Made by a program: the position numbers and the translations under genes. The notes beneath the pieces are model-generated. The model was not told the DNA's origin. It searched no databases and worked only from the letters and a program-made list of their open reading frames with translations. Shown piece by piece: positions 57,599 through 64,000 of a stretch of 64,000 nucleotides of DNA. Numbering within the stretch: the stretch's first letter is position 1; each line of letters begins with the position of its first letter. The DNA is taken from positions 34,573 to 98,572 of the forward strand of contig CAYZXS010000007.1 in assembly GCA_964482495.1 (NCBI GenBank), in the 5' to 3' direction. The stretch comes from an uncultured Planctomycetales bacterium (lineage in GTDB: Bacteria; Planctomycetota; UBA1135).

Positions 57599-58279
57599 AT
57601 GAACCGGCTCCTCTCGACCGCCCTGCTCTGCTCCGCCTTCGTCTCCTGCGCCGCCGAGCCGCCCGGGCCGGTGGCCCTCTTCAACGGCGTCGACCTGGCC
57701 GGCTGGCACAGCGACGTGCCGGCGGCCGACGGCGGCGCGGAGGTCGCGCCCTCCTTCGAGGTCCGCGACGGGCTGCTGCACAGCAACGGCAACCCGCCCG
57801 GCCACCTGATCACCGACGCCGCCTACGCCGACTACCGCCTGGTGGTCGAGTACCGCTGGCCCGGCGAGCCCGGCAACTGCGGCGTGCTGGTCCACGCCTC
57901 GACGCCGCGCCGGCTCTACGGCATGTTCCCCGCCTCCATCGAGTGCCAGATGCACTCCGGCAACGCCGGCGACTTCTGGTGCATCGGCGAGGACATCCGC
58001 GTCGACGACGAGCAGGCCCGCCGCGGCGACCCGGAGAAGTGGGGCGGCGACGAGGGCGACGCCCGCCGGATCAAGAACCTGACCGACGACTCGGAGAATC
58101 CGCCCGGCGAGTGGAATGAGATGGTGATCGAGTGCGTCGGCGACGCCATCAAGGTGTGGGTCAACGGCGACCTGGTCAACCACGGCTACGACTGCACCGC
58201 CAGCAGCGGCCAGATCGCGCTCCAGGCCGAGGGCGCCGCCTGCGAGTTCCGCAAGGTGGAGCTGACGCCGCTGGGATGA
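57599..58279 (+). CDS. DUF1080 (3-keto-disaccharide hydrolase-like) lipoprotein
   Basis: Lipobox AFVSC, LFNGVDLAGWH and the C-terminal GQIALQAEGAACEFRKVELTPL, all typical of DUF1080. Confidence 0.85.
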   Translation: MNRLLSTALLCSAFVSCAAEPPGPVALFNGVDLAGWHSDVPAADGGAEVAPSFEVRDGLLHSNGNPPGHLITDAAYADYRLVVEYRWPGEPGNCGVLVHASTPRRLYGMFPASIECQMHSGNAGDFWCIGEDIRVDDEQARRGDPEKWGGDEGDARRIKNLTDDSENPPGEWNEMVIECVGDAIKVWVNGDLVNHGYDCTASSGQIALQAEGAACEFRKVELTPLG

Positions 58280-58359
58280 GCCCTCTCGTGGGCGGAGCAG
58301 GGTCGTGACCCTTTCGTGAAGCTCTCGTGGTGGAATGGGGCGGCCGGCGCCGCCGGCGG

Positions 58360-59083
<724 letters not shown>

Positions 59084-59087
<4 letters not shown>

Positions 59088-60577
59088 TCCGCAGCCTCGG
59101 CCTCAAGCTCGGGCTCGCCCTGCTGGCCCTCCTGCTCGTCCTCGGCGCCGCCCACCTGGCGCTGACGGCGCGGACCGCCCGCCTCTACGCCCTCGAGGTC
59201 CAGCAGCGCCTGAACCGCGACACCGCCCGCCACATCGCCGAGGCCACGGAGCTGTTCCAAGGGGGCGAGGTCAACAGAGACGGCCTGAAGGACCTGTTCA
59301 TGAAGGCCATGGCCGTGAACCCGACGCTCGAGATCTACCTGCTCGACGAGGGCGGCGCGATCCTCGGCTTCGACGCCCCGCCGGAGAAGATCGTCCGCGA
59401 GAGGGTCTCCCTGGAGCCGCTCCTGGAGCTGACTCGCGCGACCAGCGACTCCCTGGTGCTCGGCGACGACCCGCGCGACGCCAGCCGGCAGAAGGTCTTC
59501 TCCGCCTGGCCGGTGGAGACCGGCGGCCGGCGCGGCTGGGTCTACGCGATCCTCGCCAGCGAGGAATACGAGTCGATCGCCCGCATGACCCGGCGCAGCC
59601 AGATCCTCCGACGCAGCGTCTGGATCGGGCTGCTGGCCGTGACCGTGGCGGGCTGCTGCGGCTTGCTCATCTTCGCGCTCCTGACCCGGCCGTTGCGCCA
59701 GCTCCGCCAGAGCGTCGAGCGCTTCCACGGTGTCGACCCCGACACCAGGGCCGCGGTCACGAGCGACGACGAGATCGGCGCCCTGGCGGCGGAGTTCAAC
59801 CGGATGGCGGACCGGATCGGCCTGCAGATGCGCCGAATCCGTCGCAACGATCGCAACCGGCGCGAGATGGTTGCGAGCATCTCTCACGACCTCCGCACGC
59901 CCCTCGCCTCCCTCCAGGGTTACCTCGAGACCTGCCTGATGAAGGCGGATGACTCGGCCCCGGAGCAGCTCCGCGGCTACCTGGAGTCGGCGATGCGGAA
60001 CGGCGAGCGCTTGAAGCGTCTCGTCGAGGATCTCTTCCAGCTCTCGCGGCTCGAGGCTGGCGAGATCCAGGTCGCCTTCGAGCCCTTCTCCCTCGGCGAA
60101 TTGGCGCAGGACGCGCTGCAGAAGTTCGCGCTGGCGGCCGAACGGAGGGGCGTCGCCCTGCGGGCCGAGATCCCGGCCGACCTGCCCCCCGTGGGCGGGG
60201 ACATCGGCCTGATCGAGCGCGCCCTCGACAACCTCGTGGAGAACGCCCTCCGCTACACCCCGCCCGGCGGGACCGTGAAGGTGGCGCTGCTCCGCCACCA
60301 GGCCGGGGTGGAGCTGCGGGTCGTGGACACCGGCGCCGGCATCCCCGCGGAGGAACTCCCGCGCGTCTTCGACCGCTTCTACCGGGTCGAGAAGAGCCGC
60401 GGCGACGACGGCGGCGGCGCCGGACTGGGGCTGGCGATTACCCGGCGGATCGTGGAGCTGCACCGCTCCACGATCGAAGCGCGAAGCCAGGTCGGCCGAG
60501 GCACCCTGTTCCGCTTCCGCCTGGCCGCCGCCGGAGCCGGAACGGCCGACCCGCCCGCGGCGGCCCCTGCGGCGTGA
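59084..60577 (+). CDS. Sensor histidine kinase (2 TM, HAMP, HisKA, HATPase_c)
   Basis: H-box ISHDLRTPL, N-box LVENALRYTP, G1 VVDTGAGI and G2 GGAGLGLAI. Confidence 0.95.
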
Positions 60578-60676
60578 CCAAAACGTGATGATCTCGTAAC
60601 GAGGTGGTGATCGGGGCGCCGGAGACTCGGCGGCGAGTGGTCGGAACCACCGGCCAGTACCCAAGCCCACATCACC

Positions 60677-61366
60677 ATGATCCACAACCGCTTCCTGCTT
60701 CCCACGCTCTCCCTCTCCGGCATCGGCGCCCTCGGCCTCGCCCTCGCCGTCGGCACCCCGACAGCGCAGGCCACCAACACCCCGATGCGCATGTACGAGG
60801 TCACCATCACCAACCTCACCCGCAGCCAGGTGATCTCCCCGCCGCTCATCGCGGTGCACGACGAAAGCGCCGCGGTCTTCGAGCCGGGGTTCGCCGCCAG
60901 CGCCGAGCTGGCTGCCCTCGCCGAGGATGGCGACAACTCCATGCTCGCGGCCTTGCTCGGCGCCCACGCCGGCGTCCTGGAGGTCCAGACCGCCGCCGCT
61001 GGCGTCGCCCCCGGCGCCTCGGTGAGCTTCACCGTGATGGCCGATCCGCAGCACCCTTACCTCAGCGGCGCCGGCATGCTGGTCAGCACCAATGACGCCT
61101 TCGCCGGCATCGACGCGGTGACCATGGATCCGAGCCTGGACCACATGAGTTTCTACATCCCCGCCTTCGACGCCGGGACCGAGTTCAACTCGGAAGACTG
61201 CGCCTTCATCCCCGGCCCCCCCTGCGGCAACGGCGGTGTCCACGACCCGACTCCCGCCGAAGGCTACGTCCACGTCAGCAACGGGATCACTGGCATCGGC
61301 TCATTGGCCCCGGAGATCTACGACTGGCACAACCCTGTGGCCAAGGTGTCCGTGACGCGGCTCTAG
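60677..61366 (+). CDS. Spondin_N-domain secreted protein
   Basis: Signal peptide, then YEVTITNLTRSQVISPPLIAVH...MLVSTNDAFAG...YIPAFDAGTE, matching the bacterial spondin N-terminal domain pattern. Confidence 0.75.
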   Translation: MIHNRFLLPTLSLSGIGALGLALAVGTPTAQATNTPMRMYEVTITNLTRSQVISPPLIAVHDESAAVFEPGFAASAELAALAEDGDNSMLAALLGAHAGVLEVQTAAAGVAPGASVSFTVMADPQHPYLSGAGMLVSTNDAFAGIDAVTMDPSLDHMSFYIPAFDAGTEFNSEDCAFIPGPPCGNGGVHDPTPAEGYVHVSNGITGIGSLAPEIYDWHNPVAKVSVTRL

Positions 61367-61424
61367 GCCCTCTGAGTCCTCTGTGCCCTTCACCTCGAAG
61401 CCGGGCGGCCGCGGCCGCCCGGCT

Positions 61425-62606
61425 TCAAGCCGTTGCTTGGACGAACTCCCGTAGGTCGGAGCGCAGCACGGCGTCGACCTCGGCGAAGTCGTCGTCGGGG
61501 GTCTCGGCGACCAGGAAGCCGAACAGCGGATAGGCGCGCGGGTCGATGCGCTCGAGGGCCAGCGGCTGGCGGAAGCGGGCTAGCAGCCGCTGGTAGTCGA
61601 AGCCGGTCCGTTCCGCCGCCGGGACGCCGGTGGTGTCGTCGAGCACCACGAGGTGGAAGGCGCGGCCGCCGCGCGCGGCGAGCAGGCGGGGCCAGTCCGG
61701 CCGCTCGTCCCGCAGGTAGGCCTGGTAGGGGTCGAATCCCCAGGCACGCGCGGTCAGCTCGGCGGTGGTGCAGAAGCCGCCGAAGCGCAGCGGGTTGACC
61801 TCGATCGGGGTGACCCGGCTGGCCTCGTCGACGCGCAGCTCGGCGTGCAGGGAAAAGCCGCGCAGCTCGGCCAGGGCGCCGAAGCGGCGCAGCCAGTCCG
61901 CGAAGGGCCCCCGCCAGCGCTCGACCAGGGCCGGGGTGGTCCGGTAGACCCGGTCGCTGACGTCGTCCTCGCCGGCGAAGACGTGCTCCATCAGGTTCAG
62001 GATCACCGGCTCGCCCTGGTCGTCGAGGTAGGCGTCCAGCGCGAACTCGGCGCCGTCGATGAGCTGCTCGACGATCAGCCGGCCGGAGTCGAGGACCGCG
62101 CCCGGGTAACGGCCCGCGAAGGCCTGCAGCTCGTCGCGCAGGCGCCGCCGGACCGCCGGCCACTGCTCGGGCGCGCTCACCCGGTGCACGCCCAGGCTGA
62201 AGAAGCCGGCGGCGGGCTTGATCACGAAGGGCACCGGCAGCGCCGCCAAGTCGAGGCGGTCGAGCTCCTCCAGCCCCACCCCGAGGAAGCGCAGCTCCGG
62301 GTGCAGGGGCCGAGTGAGCTCGCGGAAGGCCAGCTTGTCCTTGCACAAGCCGGCGCCGCGGGCGAGGGCGCTGTCCGGGGCCCGCTCCGCCAGCCAGGCC
62401 AGGGCGTCCTCCGAGTTAGTGTGCAGCCGCGGCGGTGACGGGCCGGCGAGCTGACGGGCTGCCTCCTCTTGCGGGATCCAATCCACCTCGGTGCCTGCGA
62501 GTCGCTCGCGCGCGGCGGCGGTTGCCACCACCGGGATGCCCCCGGCGGCGAGGCTGCGGCGCAGGGCGGCTGAGACGTGCGGGCGATCGACCAGGAACAT
62601 CGGCAT
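61425..62606 (-). CDS. ATP-grasp domain protein
   Basis: FVIKPAAGFFSLGVHRV, LIVEQLIDGAEFALDAY and LHAELRVDEASRVTPIEVNPLRFGG match the ATP-grasp core pattern. Confidence 0.75.
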   Translation of the reverse strand: MPMFLVDRPHVSAALRRSLAAGGIPVVATAAARERLAGTEVDWIPQEEAARQLAGPSPPRLHTNSEDALAWLAERAPDSALARGAGLCKDKLAFRELTRPLHPELRFLGVGLEELDRLDLAALPVPFVIKPAAGFFSLGVHRVSAPEQWPAVRRRLRDELQAFAGRYPGAVLDSGRLIVEQLIDGAEFALDAYLDDQGEPVILNLMEHVFAGEDDVSDRVYRTTPALVERWRGPFADWLRRFGALAELRGFSLHAELRVDEASRVTPIEVNPLRFGGFCTTAELTARAWGFDPYQAYLRDERPDWPRLLAARGGRAFHLVVLDDTTGVPAAERTGFDYQRLLARFRQPLALERIDPRAYPLFGFLVAETPDDDFAEVDAVLRSDLREFVQATA

Positions 62607-62682
62607 GGAAGGGCAGGTGGGGCGGCGACTCAGCGGCGCCGAGCCGACGACGGTAGCAGTCCGCTAGAGTGAGGTCCGCGCC

Positions 62683-63273
62683 ATGGCCTCCCTCACCACC
62701 GACCGCCTCCGCATCCGGCCGCTGGAACCGGAGGACGCCGCCGAGGTCCAGCGCATCCGCTCGCTGCCCGAGGTCGCGCGCTTCCAATTCTGGCAGCCCG
62801 GCGAAGCGCAAGAGGTGGAGCGCCTCGCGGCCTCCCAGGCCGGCCGGGTACCGGGCGAGAGCGGGACTTGGTTCCAGTGGGTGATCACGCGCCGGGAGGA
62901 CACCGAGCTGATCGGCGACATCGGCCTGCACGCGCCGGGCCAGCCCCACGCCGAGGCGGAGGTCGAGCTCGGCATCAGCCTCGACCCCGCGCACCAAGGC
63001 GCGGGTTACGCCGCCGAGGCCATGCGGGCGCTGCTCGGCTACGCCTTCGACGAGCTCCGCGCGCACCGCGCGCGCTGCTCCACCGACCCGCGCAACCTCG
63101 CCTGCGTCCGGCTGCTCGAGGGCCTGGGCATGCGCCGCGAGGCCCACTTCCGCGAGAGCCTCTGGTTCAAGGGCGCCTGGGCCGACGACCTGATCTACGC
63201 CATGCTCGAGCGCGAGTGGCGCGCCGGTCAGCCGCCGGAGCCGGAGCCGCCGGGCTCGCCCGCGGCGCCGTAG
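62683..63273 (+). CDS. GNAT-family N-acetyltransferase (RimJ/RimL-like)
   Basis: TDRLRIRPLEPEDA..., LDPAHQGAGYAAEAMRALLGYAF (acetyl-CoA binding motif A) and NLACVRLLEGLGMRRE. Confidence 0.88.
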   Translation: MASLTTDRLRIRPLEPEDAAEVQRIRSLPEVARFQFWQPGEAQEVERLAASQAGRVPGESGTWFQWVITRREDTELIGDIGLHAPGQPHAEAEVELGISLDPAHQGAGYAAEAMRALLGYAFDELRAHRARCSTDPRNLACVRLLEGLGMRREAHFRESLWFKGAWADDLIYAMLEREWRAGQPPEPEPPGSPAAP

Positions 63274-64000
63274 CCGTCGATCTCCAGCACCAGCCGGAAG
63301 CTGGTCTCCATGGAGGTGGCGCCCGGCGGCATGCCCAGGCCGGAGGTCGGCTTGGCCGCCACCGCCCCGCCCTGGGCCCAGCTGCCGCCGCCGGCGAAGC
63401 GCAGGCTCTGGTCGGGGTCCCACCAGGCGTCGAGCCACTCCAAGGCGCTGCCGGAGCCGTCGTAGACCCGGAAGGCCGACTCGTCGATCGGATAGCGGCG
63501 CACCGGTTCCGGCGCCGGCTTGGGCCGTGAGAAGCAGCAGTTGGACCAGTTCGGCCGGAACCAGGGGCCGTAGGGGTAGGCCCAGAGGCCGGATCCCCGC
63601 GCCGCCACCCGGAACTCCCCCAAGGTCGGCAGGCGGAAGGTGTACGGCAGCCCGCGGGCCCGGGCGCGCGCGGTCCGCCACTCGGCGTAAGCCACCGCGT
63701 CGTTCCAGGAGACGCCGAAGGCCGGCCAGGCGCCGGGCCAGTGGTCGGGCAGGTGGAAGCGGCCCTCGGTGTCGCGCTTCCACGAACCGCCGGCGGCAGC
63801 GTCCTCGAAGCTGCGGGGGTAGAGCGGCGGCTCGGCCCCGCCCGCCATCCGCGCCTGGGTCTCGGGAGCGTTCAGGAACTCCAGGTACTCGGCGCTGGTC
63901 AGCTCGCGCTCCATGATCCAGTAGCTCGGGATCGCCCACACCGGCTGCGGCAGGACCCGGACGAAGCCCGGCGGGCTGGTCCCGGCCGGCGCCAGGCGGA
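63228..64000 (-). CDS. FGE-sulfatase (SUMF1-like, formylglycine-generating-enzyme family) domain protein, 5' end outside the window
   Basis: IMERELTSAEYLEFL, GVSWNDAVAYAEW, FRLPTLGEFRVAARG, GSALEWLDAWW, RFAGGGSW and SFRLV motifs. The frame stays open upstream of the track start to the window edge (...GFVRVLPQPVWAIPSYW). Confidence 0.82.
   Translation of the reverse strand, partial: RLAPAGTSPPGFVRVLPQPVWAIPSYWIMERELTSAEYLEFLNAPETQARMAGGAEPPLYPRSFEDAAAGGSWKRDTEGRFHLPDHWPGAWPAFGVSWNDAVAYAEWRTARARARGLPYTFRLPTLGEFRVAARGSGLWAYPYGPWFRPNWSNCCFSRPKPAPEPVRRYPIDESAFRVYDGSGSALEWLDAWWDPDQSLRFAGGGSWAQGGAVAAKPTSGLGMPPGATSMETSFRLVLEIDGYGAAGEPGGSGSGG

Overview
This is a very GC-rich bacterial chromosomal window (roughly 70% GC by eye). 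It holds about 50 protein-coding genes on both strands, and many are translationally coupled through ATGA, GTGA or TTGA start/stop overlaps. I recognised no rRNA, tRNA, CRISPR array, transposase, integrase or prophage module.

Gene content: FG-GAP propeller proteins, sulfatases plus an FGE-like gene, GH38 and GH130 enzymes, DUF1080, Tat-signal Rossmann proteins, TlpA-like thioredoxins, a CzcCBA-type efflux operon, an ABC exporter pair and an OmpR/HK pair. This looks like a Planctomycetota-like glycan-degrading organism, but that is inference only.

Most interesting observations:
1. Three in-frame UGA codons are treated as stops by the ORF track. Two replace the first Cys of a thioredoxin CxxC site (W-U-G-P-C and G-U-G-P-C), so they are very likely selenocysteine. 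One of these genes is absent from the ORF track. The third UGA splits an FG-GAP/VCBS lipoprotein.
2. A 22-nt AT-rich patch with stops in all three frames replaces exactly seven codons of one of two tandem FG-GAP/pseudo-peptidase paralogues.
3. A 163-bp near-perfect palindrome with 65-bp perfect arms lies between two convergent genes.
4. An OmpR-type response regulator is frameshifted at an A-run.
5. A His/Gly-repeat protein sits at the head of the heavy-metal RND operon.

All family assignments come from motifs read by eye. No HMM or BLAST search was run, RNA folds were done by eye, and start codons are best guesses.
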